A stretch of 64,000 nt of DNA from Cenarchaeum sp. (GCA_965242695.1 CBDESU010000002.1:960001-1024000), one strand, 5' to 3'; counted from the first letter of the stretch, positions 46,954 to 57,220 are shown. Program-made: numbers and translations. Notes: generated by a model from the letters alone, not told the origin.

Positions 46954-47925
46954 TCATGCGTGCAGCAGGCAGCATACCGACTCTGCGTCCTTTAGGACGC
47001 CGCCTACCCTGTGCGTTGCGGAAAAGTGGAGGTCACCGTTGCCTTGCCGCGCCTCGCTTACAGCGACAAGATCGTCGTGCACCAAGCCAAACGATGCGCC
47101 GGGGGCGAACATGACGCTGCGGGGCGGCGCGGGCTGCCCTGCTCCGCTGTCGGGATCCCGCGGGGGAAGGGACGGGCGCGAGACGAGCAGGATTCCGTCG
47201 TATTCGCGCATGCAGTCATCCGTCGCCCCGCGCGCGGCTCGGTTCCACTCGGCGAACTTTGGATCCGCCGACAGGTCCAGCAGCGCCTTCGCGGTGGTGC
47301 AGCAAACGAGGCGATTGGCGTAGATGCCGCATTCCGCAATTTTATCCTTGGCGGCATCGAGCCCCCTGCATGTCAGGGCGGAGGCTGCCGGCGGGTGCTG
47401 CGCACCCTTTGCCTCCAAGCCGGTAGCGCCGTCGATTTGCGGCGGCGCTTGCCGGGCGTCTGCGGCGCCGGCCCCTTCCGAACCGTTGCCGCCGCGGGCG
47501 AGGCGAAGTAGCATCTCTGTCTCGTCCTCAAGCGACCGCTGTAGGTAGGCATAGACCACGCTGTCGCGGAGGTCGGGGTCGTCCCTCGGCGCATCCCTTA
47601 CGACAATGCCGGGAAGGTTCCGCGGCCCGGCTGGCGCGCGCCTGACTGTGCAGGTGACCTGCTCTGCGCGGCCCCCACCGCCGGCAGTATCGGTGAAGCA
47701 AAGCCCGTCAAACGAGCAGAATGCCGCGCTGTTCTCGCCCTCCTCTAGGGACTTGGCCTCGCTGAACTGCCGTATCGGGACCACTGCGGTGCGGCAGCCT
47801 AGGGCCAGCCCGAACGCGTTGGTAACTGGAGCGCTTACGACCTCGAGGCCGTTCCACTCCCTCTTTACCATGTCTATTCCGTGTTTGAGGTACGCGGATT
47901 TTATGTACTGCGCGGGGTCGGACAT
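46954..47925 (-). CDS. Divergent HK97-fold major capsid-like protein, stand-alone
   Basis: 323 aa; PIRQF.E.K.L..G...A.F..F, L.AAK..I...G.....LVC.TT.KA..DL..DP, RSVMF.PG.SFGLV..DL...E........H..ATHR.GGV.K..E.VC pattern recalled from thaumarchaeal virus capsids; TATATA box at about 47955-47960. Confidence 0.55.
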   Translation of the reverse strand: MSDPAQYIKSAYLKHGIDMVKREWNGLEVVSAPVTNAFGLALGCRTAVVPIRQFSEAKSLEEGENSAAFCSFDGLCFTDTAGGGGRAEQVTCTVRRAPAGPRNLPGIVVRDAPRDDPDLRDSVVYAYLQRSLEDETEMLLRLARGGNGSEGAGAADARQAPPQIDGATGLEAKGAQHPPAASALTCRGLDAAKDKIAECGIYANRLVCCTTAKALLDLSADPKFAEWNRAARGATDDCMREYDGILLVSRPSLPPRDPDSGAGQPAPPRSVMFAPGASFGLVHDDLVAVSEARQGNGDLHFSATHRVGGVLKDAESVCCLLHA

Positions 47926-48316
47926 GGCAACCACAGGCCGCGCGTTGCCGCTTGTATATACCCGTTGCGCGTCAAGAGGCTGTGCGTGCCAAGCCGGCAT
48001 ACAGGCTTGACTCTTCCGTTGCCCGTCGTAGTCACGCCGAAAAGTTTTTGGAATGCATGCCCCGCGTGCAGGGCGTTCGACGTCCGATTCTGGGGTTAAT
48101 CGTGCACCTCTGCGGCCATCGCCGGCTTGGCATTGCAGACTTCGGCGTGACCGTGGCCCGGGATCTTCCCCGGCCTTCAGTGGGGGCGAGCAGGCCCCTA
48201 GTTCGGACGTTGTTCCGACATCCTTGCAGTACGCGGCTAGGCGGCACGATCTCAAAGGCCTCCGCCCCGTTGATCTGCACATGCATCGCGCAATATGGCC
48301 AATGACGGAGATGGGC

Positions 48317-48634
48317 CTACTCGCTTATCATGACCTCAAGCTTGGCTACGCCGGCCGGCTTGGGGCCCCTTGTGCGAACCTTCTTGATGGCCTCCTCGAA
48401 GTCGTCAAGGTTCTCTTCCATGACCAAGGCCCTGCCGGTGACGCAGAACGGGTTGAGGTCGGGATCGACGAGGCAGTTGCGCACGCTCATGATACCTGGG
48501 TAGGCGTTGAACACGGCGTCGCGCACCGGCCCGCAGTCCGTGTGATCCTTCCTTGTGCACCGAACTACAAAGTACACGTTCTTGAGCGGGTAGTCCTTTG
48601 TGCCGGGCCGCACAACGCTTGTCTGTCTTGCCAT
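48317..48634 (-). CDS. Small hypothetical protein (possible ferredoxin-like fold)
   Basis: Genome-typical codon usage; TTATTAT about 25 nt upstream; 4 Cys. Confidence 0.55.
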   Translation of the reverse strand: MARQTSVVRPGTKDYPLKNVYFVVRCTRKDHTDCGPVRDAVFNAYPGIMSVRNCLVDPDLNPFCVTGRALVMEENLDDFEEAIKKVRTRGPKPAGVAKLEVMISE

Positions 48635-49116
48635 GGGACGCCCGATTTGGTACACCATAATAACCCCTGCATTTATGGGCGAACTGCGACGCCTGCCTGC
48701 CTTGCCATGGGCGCCTGGGTTGCCTGACGGCGTGCACGGTATGTGGTTGCCTCCCTTGCCGCCGATGCAGCGATCGCAGGAGGTGAAGCGGAGGGCGCCT
48801 GCGGCTCCTCTCGCAGCCCGCCCTTGCAGGGGCGCCCCAGCACCGAGCCGCTCCCGCTTTGATGCCCACGCTGGTACGGCCAAGGCAGCGCACGCCGCCC
48901 GTGCGGGCGCCCTGCCGATTCTGCCTCCTTTGGCATGTCCGTCGCCCGGCGCGCACGGCGGCATGCCTTGGCCTGCGCCGCCCCGGCCGCCGGCAGGCCC
49001 GATCTATTCGTCCCCGCGAACCGCGCCCATTCTACTATCCGCGCCCGGCCGCAAAACGCCGGCACGCCGCCCTCTTCCCGCTCACAGTGATATACCGCCC
49101 CCGCCCAGCCCGCGCC

Positions 49117-49743
49117 GTGTCCGCGGCCGCCTCTCCTTCCCCATCCCCGACCGCATCGCTGCGCCGCGACCACGACCTTATTGAAAAGGTCGTCCGCGCA
49201 ATGGGGGCGGCCGCCTCGCTGCTGCGCCGCGGCGCCGACGTGCCGGCCCCCGTCATCGAACAGGTCGTCGACTTTACGAGCAACTTTACGGACGCGTGCC
49301 ACCACGGCAAGGAGGAGGATGCGCTGTTCCCGGCGCTCGAGCGCGCCGGCATGCCGTCCCGCATGGGCCCAATCGCGGTAATGCTCGCCGAGCACGAAAA
49401 GTCCCGCGAGATCGCCGGACGGATGGCCGCTGCCGCCGAGTCGTACGGGAGAAACGGGTCGGGCCGCGAGGACCTCGCATCCGCCATGGAAGAGTACGCG
49501 TCGCACATTACCGAGCACATTTGGAAGGAGAACAACCGGCTCTTCATGATGGCCGACGCGCGCCTCGCCCCGTCGGCCGGCCGGGTCGCCGCCGACCTCG
49601 ACTCCACAGAGGAGGAGCGGCTCGGCCGCGCCGGCGCCGGCAGGGCCCACTACGAGAGGATCGCCGGCGAGCTGTCCCGGAGCATGGCAGGGGAGGCGGA
49701 CAAGGGGGGCCGCGCCGGCCCGTCCGTCGAGTGGGAGGCCTAG
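49117..49743 (+). CDS. Hemerythrin/HHE cation-binding protein
   Basis: L..DH..I, HHGKEE..LFPAL, GPI..ML.EH, EHI.KEN..LF. Confidence 0.92.
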   Translation: MSAAASPSPSPTASLRRDHDLIEKVVRAMGAAASLLRRGADVPAPVIEQVVDFTSNFTDACHHGKEEDALFPALERAGMPSRMGPIAVMLAEHEKSREIAGRMAAAAESYGRNGSGREDLASAMEEYASHITEHIWKENNRLFMMADARLAPSAGRVAADLDSTEEERLGRAGAGRAHYERIAGELSRSMAGEADKGGRAGPSVEWEA

Positions 49744-49756
49744 GGAGGGGGCAGGC

Positions 49757-50272
49757 CTAGGCGTACTGCTGCATGTCCTTTTCGATCTGGGCGATCTTTC
49801 GGGCGAACGCGTTGCGCGCCCTGTCGTTCTTCTTGAGGTTGAGGACCTTGCCGCACGTGCCGCACCTAAAGTCGTCCTCTAGCGACTTTTCGAACGTGAC
49901 GCGCTGGCAGTCGCCGTTGCCGCAGTGGTAAAAGTCCGAGCCGGCCTCGTACTCGTAGCGCTGCCTGAGGCGCTCGCCTATCTTGTGCTTTTGTATCTCG
50001 ATAAAGTTCTCGACCTCGTCGCCCCTGGACCTCCACCTGTACACGAACCACCCCTTGCGCTCGTCCTTGACGCGTATGCCCGATATGAGCGACTTGCCGA
50101 ACAGGTCGTAGAGTATCTTGCGGACGCGGTTGATGCGCAGGCCCGTAGAGCTGGCGATCTCCTCGTCCGTAGAGTCCTCGGCCTTGAGGAGCGACCTGGC
50201 GACCTTGAGGTACTCTTCGCCGCCGATCATGGCCGCTATGCGCACGAACGGGTCCTCGTAGCGATCGACCAT
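49757..50272 (-). CDS. tfe: Transcription factor E (TFE alpha)
   Basis: TDEEIA..TGL.IN.VRK.LY.L, GW..Y.W, FY.C...C...TFE.....F.C..CG..L. Confidence 0.95.
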   Translation of the reverse strand: MVDRYEDPFVRIAAMIGGEEYLKVARSLLKAEDSTDEEIASSTGLRINRVRKILYDLFGKSLISGIRVKDERKGWFVYRWRSRGDEVENFIEIQKHKIGERLRQRYEYEAGSDFYHCGNGDCQRVTFEKSLEDDFRCGTCGKVLNLKKNDRARNAFARKIAQIEKDMQQYA

Positions 50273-50644
50273 GCGCGGGCGCCGGCATCGGCCCGTTATT
50301 AACCGAGCGGGCAGGGGCGCCGCCTGCCCCGGTCCGCGCCGCCTGCGCGCCGCGCCAGGGGCGGCCTCCGCGCCTCCGCGGTCCCGCGGCCTCCACGGGG
50401 CAGCCCGCCCCGCCTCCGCCCGGCCCATCCTGTCTGCCTCCTCCCCCCTCGATGCCCCCCCTCGGCGCGGGGACGGACGGGCGGCCCTGCGCCCTGCGGC
50501 GGACGAGGGGCCCGGGAGCGCCCCCGCCTTGGCGCCGGGACGGACGAGCGGCCCCCGCTCCCCGGCCCCGCCTCCATCCCGCAGGCGCCGCAGGCGCCCC
50601 CGGGGATACGGCAGTGGCCCGATCGCTACAGTTAAGTCATAGCC

Positions 50645-51475
50645 ATGTCGGGCTCGGCCGTGGCTAGGCGGTACAAGCCGAAGATAAAGCAGGTGCTGCG
50701 GGAGGTTCCCCTCAAGCAGATCGTCGTCTGGAAGGAGGCGCAGGCGCGCCGGCTGGACCGCTCGCGGATCAGGGACCTGGCAAAGTCCATACGTAGCGAG
50801 GGCCTCCAGAACCCGCCCCTGATCCAGAGGAGCGGCAGGGGCGAGTACAAGCTCATATCCGGCCACCACCGCCTCTCGGCCCTGCGCTCGCTCGGCGCCA
50901 AGAGCGCAAAGTGCCTCGTCCTGACCAAGGACACGGCGTACGACCTGGAGGACGCAAAGGCCGCATCCGTCGTCGAGAACCTCCACCGCCACCAGATGAA
51001 CACGTCCGAGCTGGCCAACGCATGCGTCTTTCTTGCAGATCAGGTCGGCAAGGGGGCCGCCGCCCGCAAGCTCGGCATGTCGGCGCCGACGTTCCGCAAG
51101 TACCACGGATTCGCCGGGGTGCCGCAGCGCATAAAGGACCTGGTCCCGTCAAAGCTGTCGCGCGACGAGGCCACGCGCCTGTACCAGGCCGTGCCGGGCG
51201 TCGCAAAGGCCCTAAAGGTCGTCGACAACATCTCGCGGCTAGAGCCGCGCGCCCGCAGGGCGTACATCCGCATCCTGGCGTCAAAGCCGACCGCCAGCCA
51301 CAGGGAGGTGCTGGCCAGGGTGCGCAAGATCGGCGGCCCCAAGAAGAGGATCGTCATCGAGCTAGGAAGGAACAACGCGGCAAAGCTCGACCGCCTCGCC
51401 AAGCGGCGCAACACCGGCGTCGACAAGCTTGCCGACGACATCCTGCTCGGCTACCTCCGCAAGTACGGGCGCTGA
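50645..51475 (+). CDS. ParB/Srx N-terminal domain protein with HTH and C-terminal RHH-like segment
   Basis: LA.SI...GLQNP..I, Y.LISGHHRL.A...LG, VVENLHR..M. Confidence 0.88.
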   Translation: MSGSAVARRYKPKIKQVLREVPLKQIVVWKEAQARRLDRSRIRDLAKSIRSEGLQNPPLIQRSGRGEYKLISGHHRLSALRSLGAKSAKCLVLTKDTAYDLEDAKAASVVENLHRHQMNTSELANACVFLADQVGKGAAARKLGMSAPTFRKYHGFAGVPQRIKDLVPSKLSRDEATRLYQAVPGVAKALKVVDNISRLEPRARRAYIRILASKPTASHREVLARVRKIGGPKKRIVIELGRNNAAKLDRLAKRRNTGVDKLADDILLGYLRKYGR

Positions 51476-51541
51476 GGCGCCGCCTGCGCGCCGCCCGGGG
51501 CGGCGCGGTAGCAATATATCGAACCGCCCCGTGCGCCGCGC

Positions 51542-52297
51542 GTGGCCCCCCAGTACAGCGCCGACGACGTGCGCGAGATGGCCGAGTCGGGGATATGCGA
51601 GCCGTCGCGACTGCTGCACATACGCGGCATGATCGAGGCCGGCCGGCCGCTGTACAACTCGGACAGGGCGTACCTTGACAGGGTGGCCTCGCGGCTGGCC
51701 GGCAAGGAGGCGGCACTGCGCCAGGAGAACCGCCGCATACGCCGCGTGCTCGGGGCGGGGCCGGGCGCAGTGGGGGCGGCCGCGCGGGCCGGGCCCAGGC
51801 CGGCCGCGGCTCCGGCGGCAGAGCCGGCCGCGCGGGCCGGGCCCAGGCCGGCCGCGGCTCCGGCGGCAGAGCCGGCCGTCATTGATGACGGCGCGGCGCA
51901 TGCAGCGGAGCAGGCGGCGGCGCATGAAGCTGCGCAGGCCCCGCCTTCGCAGCCTGGGAGGCCCCTGCAGAGCCCGTCCGCCGCGGCCCCTGCCGGGACC
52001 GTCCCGGCACGCGGGCAGAGCCCCGCATCACCCGCGCCGGCCCCGGCGCCAGGTACTCCGCTTCTCGCCCAAGCCCATGAGTCCCGCCACACCCTGATCG
52101 ACGATGCATCGTTTGACGCCATTCTGGAACGCCGCGACCGCAGGCGGCATGCAGAGGCGCGCGAGCGGGCCGCCGAGGCCGCGGTCGGATCCCCGTCAAC
52201 GGAGCCCCGGGTTGCGCGGCAGGCCTCCTCTCCAGACGGCCGCCCAGCCCCCACGATCGCCGGCCGCCTCAGGGGGATCGTCGCCGGCCGCCGGTAG
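51542..52297 (+). CDS. Hypothetical protein with Ala/Pro-rich linker containing a 48-bp duplication
   Basis: N-terminal G.CE..RL.HI...I..G.PLYNSD..YL motif; repeat unit at 51782 and 51830. Confidence 0.6.
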   Translation: MAPQYSADDVREMAESGICEPSRLLHIRGMIEAGRPLYNSDRAYLDRVASRLAGKEAALRQENRRIRRVLGAGPGAVGAAARAGPRPAAAPAAEPAARAGPRPAAAPAAEPAVIDDGAAHAAEQAAAHEAAQAPPSQPGRPLQSPSAAAPAGTVPARGQSPASPAPAPAPGTPLLAQAHESRHTLIDDASFDAILERRDRRRHAEARERAAEAAVGSPSTEPRVARQASSPDGRPAPTIAGRLRGIVAGRR

Positions 52298-52326
52298 GAT
52301 GCGAAGGCGGCGCCCCTCCCAGGCCG

Positions 52327-52866
52327 CTACTCGCCGCCCGCGTCAGCAGCCGCGACGACCCTCTTGCCGCGCCCCGATGGGACGATCTCCAGCCGCGCCC
52401 CGCCATACGGCCTTTCGAACTGCCTCCCCTCCTGCACCCTGTCGAGGAGGACGGCGAGCGCGGCGACCTCGGAGTGCGGCTGGCTCCCGACAGCCACGTT
52501 GTAGTCTGCCATGTCGTACACCTCCCTCGGCACCTTGCCGGCGCCGATGACGACGAGCAGGTCTCGCCCGCACGCGGCGATCTCGGCGGCCGCCTCGCCG
52601 ACGGGCAGGCCGTACATCGTGAGGTGCACTATTGCGGACGATCCCCTCCTGCTCCTCAGGACGGGCCTCCACGACTCGACCAGCTCTACCTCAAAGTCGC
52701 CGCCCCACTCGCGCCCGACCCCCTCCACCGTGCGCTTGATGTCCGCGCCGGCCTCGTCCATGAATATGCGCCTGGCCCCGAACGCGCGGGCCACAAGGGC
52801 CGCGTGAGTCGTGACGCGGTCGTCGCGCACGAGTCTCTCGCCGATGCGGAGGACCTCGATCGTCAT
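52327..52866 (-). CDS. trm56: tRNA (cytidine(56)-2'-O)-methyltransferase
   Basis: [55 protein letters not shown]. Confidence 0.96.
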   Translation of the reverse strand: MTIEVLRIGERLVRDDRVTTHAALVARAFGARRIFMDEAGADIKRTVEGVGREWGGDFEVELVESWRPVLRSRRGSSAIVHLTMYGLPVGEAAAEIAACGRDLLVVIGAGKVPREVYDMADYNVAVGSQPHSEVAALAVLLDRVQEGRQFERPYGGARLEIVPSGRGKRVVAAADAGGE

Positions 52867-54038
52867 GGCCCGGCCGCCCCCGCATCTGGCCGGCCGCCGG
52901 CCCCCGGGGACTTCCACGCCTTCCCCTCCGGCGCCCTGCCCCCCTCCGCCCCGGGCCGCCCCGCCTCCCCGGCGACCCTCCTTGCCAGCGCCGCGAGCCT
53001 GTCCGCGTTCATTCCGGTCAGGGCCGAGACCGCGACCCACCTGCCTGCCGCGCCGCTGCCGAGCTCGGCGGCCCGGGCGGCAATCCCCTCCTCCCCGCCG
53101 GCGCCGGGCAGGTCTGCCTTGTTGAGCGCGTACACGACCCTGTCCGCGGGGGCGCCTATCTCGGAGAGCGCCGACATGCAGCTGCGCACCTTCTTGCGCA
53201 TCTCGGCCGGATCGTCGGACGCGTCGACGACGACGACGATCGCGTCGGCGTACAGCAGCTCCTCGAGCGTCGACTTGAACGCCTCTATCATGTACGCGGG
53301 GAGCTTGCTGATGAACCCGACCGTGTCCGAGAGCAGGCAGGCGGGATCCCCCCTCCCGCCAGGCATGCGCCTCGTCGTCGTCGACAGGGTCGTGAACAGG
53401 CCGGCGCCCTCCTCGCCGCTCTCGCCGGTGAGCCTGTTGAACAGCGTCGTCTTGCCGGCCGACGTGTACCCCGCAAGCGAGATCGCCCTCAGGCCGGCCC
53501 TCCTCCTGCCGCGCCGGTGCAGGTCGCGCTGCCTGCGCGACTTTGCGAGCTTTTCGCGCGCCGCGTTCATGCGGCCGCGTATGTCGTTGTAGTACACGTC
53601 GACCTCGAACCTGCCGATCCCCATGAACCCGGGCTGCTCGCCCATCTTGGCGAGGCGCACCCTCTCGCGGGCCCTGGACATCTCGTACCTCATCTGCGCG
53701 AGCCTCACCTGCAGCTTCGACTCGGCGCTCGAGGCCCTCCCCTCGAATATCTCGAGTATGAGCGCCTCCCTGTCTAGTATGTCGAGGCGCAGCCTGGATG
53801 CGAGGTTGTAGTGCTGGCTCGGCTTTAGCACCTCGTCGTACACGACGACGTCGGGGCGCAGGCGCGCCGCCTCGCCCTCCAGCCTGCCGACGACCTCTTC
53901 GCTCACGCCGTACCTTGGCCTCTTGAGGTAGGCCTGCCGGACGGTGTGCCGAACCGCGTAGCCTGCCGCGTCGCACAGCGCGGCCGCCTCGGCGGCGGAC
54001 CGGTCGTCGTCGTACGATACGAGGATTGCAGTGCGCAT
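52863..54038 (-). CDS. hflX: GTPase HflX
   Basis: [55 protein letters not shown]. Confidence 0.95.
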   Translation of the reverse strand: MRTAILVSYDDDRSAAEAAALCDAAGYAVRHTVRQAYLKRPRYGVSEEVVGRLEGEAARLRPDVVVYDEVLKPSQHYNLASRLRLDILDREALILEIFEGRASSAESKLQVRLAQMRYEMSRARERVRLAKMGEQPGFMGIGRFEVDVYYNDIRGRMNAAREKLAKSRRQRDLHRRGRRRAGLRAISLAGYTSAGKTTLFNRLTGESGEEGAGLFTTLSTTTRRMPGGRGDPACLLSDTVGFISKLPAYMIEAFKSTLEELLYADAIVVVVDASDDPAEMRKKVRSCMSALSEIGAPADRVVYALNKADLPGAGGEEGIAARAAELGSGAAGRWVAVSALTGMNADRLAALARRVAGEAGRPGAEGGRAPEGKAWKSPGAGGRPDAGAAGP

Positions 54039-54041
54039 CGG

Positions 54042-55118
54042 TCATCTCTTCTTCAGGGACCTCTCTACGGTCATGTTCAGGACGATCTCGGCGATGTCGC
54101 TTGCGTACTCGGCGATGCGCCTCACGTCCTCGGCGGCCCTGCGTATGCGGTACACCTCGTCGCCGCCGCCGCCCCTGCCGGCGGCCATCTCCAGGACGGC
54201 CGCCTCGCGCGAGGCGATGCCGGCGGCCCTCTTGATCGTCGCCTCGGCTAGCGCATAGTCCTTCTTGAACAGGGCAAGGCACGCGTCGTCGAGCACGCCG
54301 GCCGCAAAGTCGGCCATCTCGGAGATGCGCCGCGCCGCGCTGCTCCCGATCGGCCTCCTCACGTCGATCACGTCCTGCGCTATGCGGGCTGCGTGGTCGC
54401 CCGTCCGCTCGATGTTCTTCGCTATGAGCCTGTACCCGAGGCAGTTGCGCGCGTGCTCGAAGCCCATCTCGGCGAGCACGTGCTCGTTATCGATGGCCGT
54501 CTTGAGCTGGCGTATGATGTAGAACCCGAACCGGTCGACCTCGTCGTCGTCGCCGGCGACCTTCTTGGCTAGCGCCTCGTCGCCGTCGGCAAGGGCCATG
54601 ACCGCATCGCCGAGCATGCCCTTTGCCAGGTGCAGCATGCGCTTGAACGCGCTGTCTACGGTGAGCTTCTCCGGCCCGACGAGTATCTGTATCGTGACGC
54701 CGGATGCAGAGTCCGACGTGACCTCTGCCCCCATGAGCATGCTCCTGGCCGCCTTTTGGATGGACGAGCGCTGGCCGACGCTGAGCCTGCCGCCCTTCGG
54801 CTTTATGCGGATCGTCTTGAAGCCGAGAAAGTACAGCGAGATGAGCCGCCTGACGGTCGCCGCCGCGCCCTCGCCCGGGCCGATCTCGACGACCGCATCG
54901 CCGCGCCGCGCCGGCCCGCCGCGCGCCCTGGCGGGGTACACGTACAGCCCGGACGAGCCGCGCCGCACGACCATCACCTCGTCCTTTTTCCTGAGGCCCA
55001 TGTCCCTGACCCACGGCTTTGGCAGCGAGACGATGAACGTCGACTTGCCCGTCTCCTGGATGCGGCGCGTCTCCTCCCTGCTGTCCATGATGCGGCGCGC
55101 CTCCTCCTCCCCGTCCAT
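54042..55118 (-). CDS. phoU: AbrB-PhoU-PhoU phosphate uptake regulator
   Basis: RRIQ.TG.ST..VSLPK.W (AbrB); D.EVDRF, IERTGDHA, RIAEY..DIAE. Confidence 0.92.
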   Translation of the reverse strand: MDGEEEARRIMDSREETRRIQETGKSTFIVSLPKPWVRDMGLRKKDEVMVVRRGSSGLYVYPARARGGPARRGDAVVEIGPGEGAAATVRRLISLYFLGFKTIRIKPKGGRLSVGQRSSIQKAARSMLMGAEVTSDSASGVTIQILVGPEKLTVDSAFKRMLHLAKGMLGDAVMALADGDEALAKKVAGDDDEVDRFGFYIIRQLKTAIDNEHVLAEMGFEHARNCLGYRLIAKNIERTGDHAARIAQDVIDVRRPIGSSAARRISEMADFAAGVLDDACLALFKKDYALAEATIKRAAGIASREAAVLEMAAGRGGGGDEVYRIRRAAEDVRRIAEYASDIAEIVLNMTVERSLKKR

Positions 55119-55196
55119 GCGCCCTCCGCGGTGCGGCGCCCTATATAGTTGACGGGGAGCCCGACCGGTTATAGGGCGGCGGCGGGGGCGCGGCGC

Positions 55197-55661
55197 GTGG
55201 ACGATGCGGCAAAGGTCGCCCGGACGATAGATGCGCTGTTCGGGCGCGGCGCGTCGGCGAGGCTGCCGCGCCGCCTCGGCATAGAAAGGTCGAGGAGGAC
55301 GGGCCGCGTGAGGTCGGTGCGCGATGCGGCCGACGGCGCGCTGCTCTGCACGGCCCGCCCCGACGGGGGGCTTGCCGTGACGGTCAGGCTGGCGTCCGAG
55401 CTTGCGCGCGGCAGGCCGTTCCGCAGGCACTGCGTTGTAGTCGACGCCGAGACGGCCCCGTTTGCGGCCGCCGGCAGGTCGGTCTTTTGCGGCCATGTGG
55501 TCTCGTGCGGCCCCGGCATAAGGGCGGGGTCGGAGGCGGCCGTCGTGTTCGACGGGCGCGTGATCGCGGTCGGCCGCGCCGCCGTGCCGGCCGCCGTCAT
55601 GTCCACGGCGGACAGGGGCGTGGCCGTGCGCATCCGCGATCACTTAAAAGGCGGCTTGTGA
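55197..55661 (+). CDS. PUA-domain protein (archaeosine tRNA-guanine transglycosylase C-terminal-like)
   Basis: LFG.G, TGR.R.V, L.T.R.DG, F...GRSVFC.HV......IR.G.E..V, AVGRA, RGVAV.IR. Confidence 0.85.
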   Translation: MDDAAKVARTIDALFGRGASARLPRRLGIERSRRTGRVRSVRDAADGALLCTARPDGGLAVTVRLASELARGRPFRRHCVVVDAETAPFAAAGRSVFCGHVVSCGPGIRAGSEAAVVFDGRVIAVGRAAVPAAVMSTADRGVAVRIRDHLKGGL

Positions 55662-55671
55662 GGTGCGCGGC

Positions 55672-56052
55672 ATGGCTAGGGGCGGCGGAGTCGGAGGCGG
55701 AGGCGGCATGGGAAACCGCAAGATGCGGCGCGCAATGGGCCGCATGATGGCAGGCGCCGGCGCCAACGCCGAGCCGGTGCCCGACGTGCTAGAGGTCGTC
55801 ATACGGACAGAGCGCAGCGAGACGATCCTGCCAAAGCCGACCGTGATGAGAATGGAGGCCGGCGGCAGGACGTCGTTTACGGTCAGCGGCGCGGACGTGG
55901 AGGAGCGCGAGATCGAGGCGCCCGCGTTCCGCGACGAGGATATAGACCTCGTCTGCCAGCAGACCGGCGTCGGCAGGGACAGGGCCGTCGAGGTGCTCGG
56001 CGAGACCGGCGGCGATATGGCGCAGGCGATAATGCGGCTCAGCTCGGGCTGA
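55672..56052 (+). CDS. nac: Nascent polypeptide-associated complex protein
   Basis: M.R.M, V.EV.I, P.V..M, UBA-like EDI.LV.QQTGV....A...L....GD.A.AIM.L. Confidence 0.9.
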   Translation: MARGGGVGGGGGMGNRKMRRAMGRMMAGAGANAEPVPDVLEVVIRTERSETILPKPTVMRMEAGGRTSFTVSGADVEEREIEAPAFRDEDIDLVCQQTGVGRDRAVEVLGETGGDMAQAIMRLSSG

Positions 56053-56086
56053 ATGGTTTAATTAGCTCGCCCGGCGGCCGCGGATC

Positions 56087-56440
56087 GTGAGCAGCGAGGG
56101 CCCGGCGGCCGCGGGATCGGGGTCGAGGGTGGCCGGGATCGTCGGGGCCCTGTCGGCCCTAGAGGACGACCTAGACTCGCTCGACGGCGGCATGGACGAG
56201 ATGGGGCGCCGCCTTGCCGCTGGGGCCCAGTCCGAGATCGACGCGATGCTCGCGCGCACGCGCGAGACGGCGTCGAAGGAGGCCGAGCGGATGATCTCAA
56301 AGGCCAGGGCGGATGCCGAGGCAGAGGCGGCCGGCATTGCCCAGGCCGGCGAGGCGCGCATGGGCGAGCTGCGCGCGAGCATCGACTCTGGGATGGATCG
56401 GGCCGTCGAGCACGTGGTCTCGTCCGTCCTGAGGGCCTAG
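56087..56440 (+). CDS. A/V-type ATPase subunit H/G-like coiled-coil protein
   Basis: A..EAE.MI.KARA.AE.EA..I helical pattern; C-terminal AV..V...VL. Confidence 0.6.
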   Translation: MSSEGPAAAGSGSRVAGIVGALSALEDDLDSLDGGMDEMGRRLAAGAQSEIDAMLARTRETASKEAERMISKARADAEAEAAGIAQAGEARMGELRASIDSGMDRAVEHVVSSVLRA

Positions 56441-56458
56441 GCGGGCCGGACGATTGCA

Positions 56459-57220
56459 ATGGCGCCGGCACGGATGTTGGCGGCGGGAGCGGGGGCGGAT
56501 ACTGGCGGGCCCGCGCCGCAGCCGCGCGGCACGGCGGGCGGCCCCTACAGTCCCTGCCCCGCGCTGTGCAGCCTTAGGGTGGGGGTCGCGACGGTAAGGG
56601 GCAGGCCGTACTACCGGTTCGCATCTGCGCTGCGGCGCATCGGCGTGCGCTTCGACTCCATCCTGCCCGGCGCCGTCCCGTCGTACCGCGGCGATGCCGT
56701 CCTTACGACGCGGGCCGAGGCGCCCCTGCCGGCGGCGCGCGCCGCCCTCTTGTTCGAGGATGCATGCGGGCTCGAGCCGGCCGTGCTGGCCGGCCGCCTG
56801 CTGCGCTGCCGCCCCTCTGCCGTTCCGGGGGAGGCCGGCGAGCGCCTGCTCGCGGGGATCGACCCGGGCAGCCGCATCGGCCTGTCTGTGTCGTACCGCG
56901 GGTGCGAGATAGAGAGCTCGCTGCATGCGTCGCCGGCGCGCGTTGCAGCCAGGGTTGCGGCGATATTTGCCGGCCTCGAGGCGGCGCGCCGGACGGTCCG
57001 CATAGGCGACGGCAGCAGGGGGACTGCATTGCGCATCGCCGAACTGCTCGGCCGCGGGTGCAATACGCCGTTCGAGCTGGAGCTGGTCGACGAGAACGGC
57101 ACGAGCCCGCGCTCGAAGAGCTGCAACCAGGGCGGCAGGCGCGACCGCATGTCCGCGTTGTACATTTCGCGGCGGCCTGGCGTCGCCGTGAGGGCCGCGG
57201 CCGTGGCGGCAGCCGCCTAG
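56459..57220 (+). CDS. Conserved archaeal hypothetical protein with RNase H-like (YqgF-type) domain
   Basis: LAGIDPG.RIGL, VRIGDG, ELVDE.GTS, D..SA..I..R.G. Confidence 0.7.
   Translation: MAPARMLAAGAGADTGGPAPQPRGTAGGPYSPCPALCSLRVGVATVRGRPYYRFASALRRIGVRFDSILPGAVPSYRGDAVLTTRAEAPLPAARAALLFEDACGLEPAVLAGRLLRCRPSAVPGEAGERLLAGIDPGSRIGLSVSYRGCEIESSLHASPARVAARVAAIFAGLEAARRTVRIGDGSRGTALRIAELLGRGCNTPFELELVDENGTSPRSKSCNQGGRRDRMSALYISRRPGVAVRAAAVAAAA

Noticed and set aside
46954-48634. Intact provirus
   Set aside because: No terminase, portal, tail, integrase or att repeats recognised; flanks are core genes.
49757-55643. Very long ORF-track versions of tfe, trm56 and phoU
   Set aside because: N-terminal extensions overlap real genes in other frames; family homology starts at internal ATGs.
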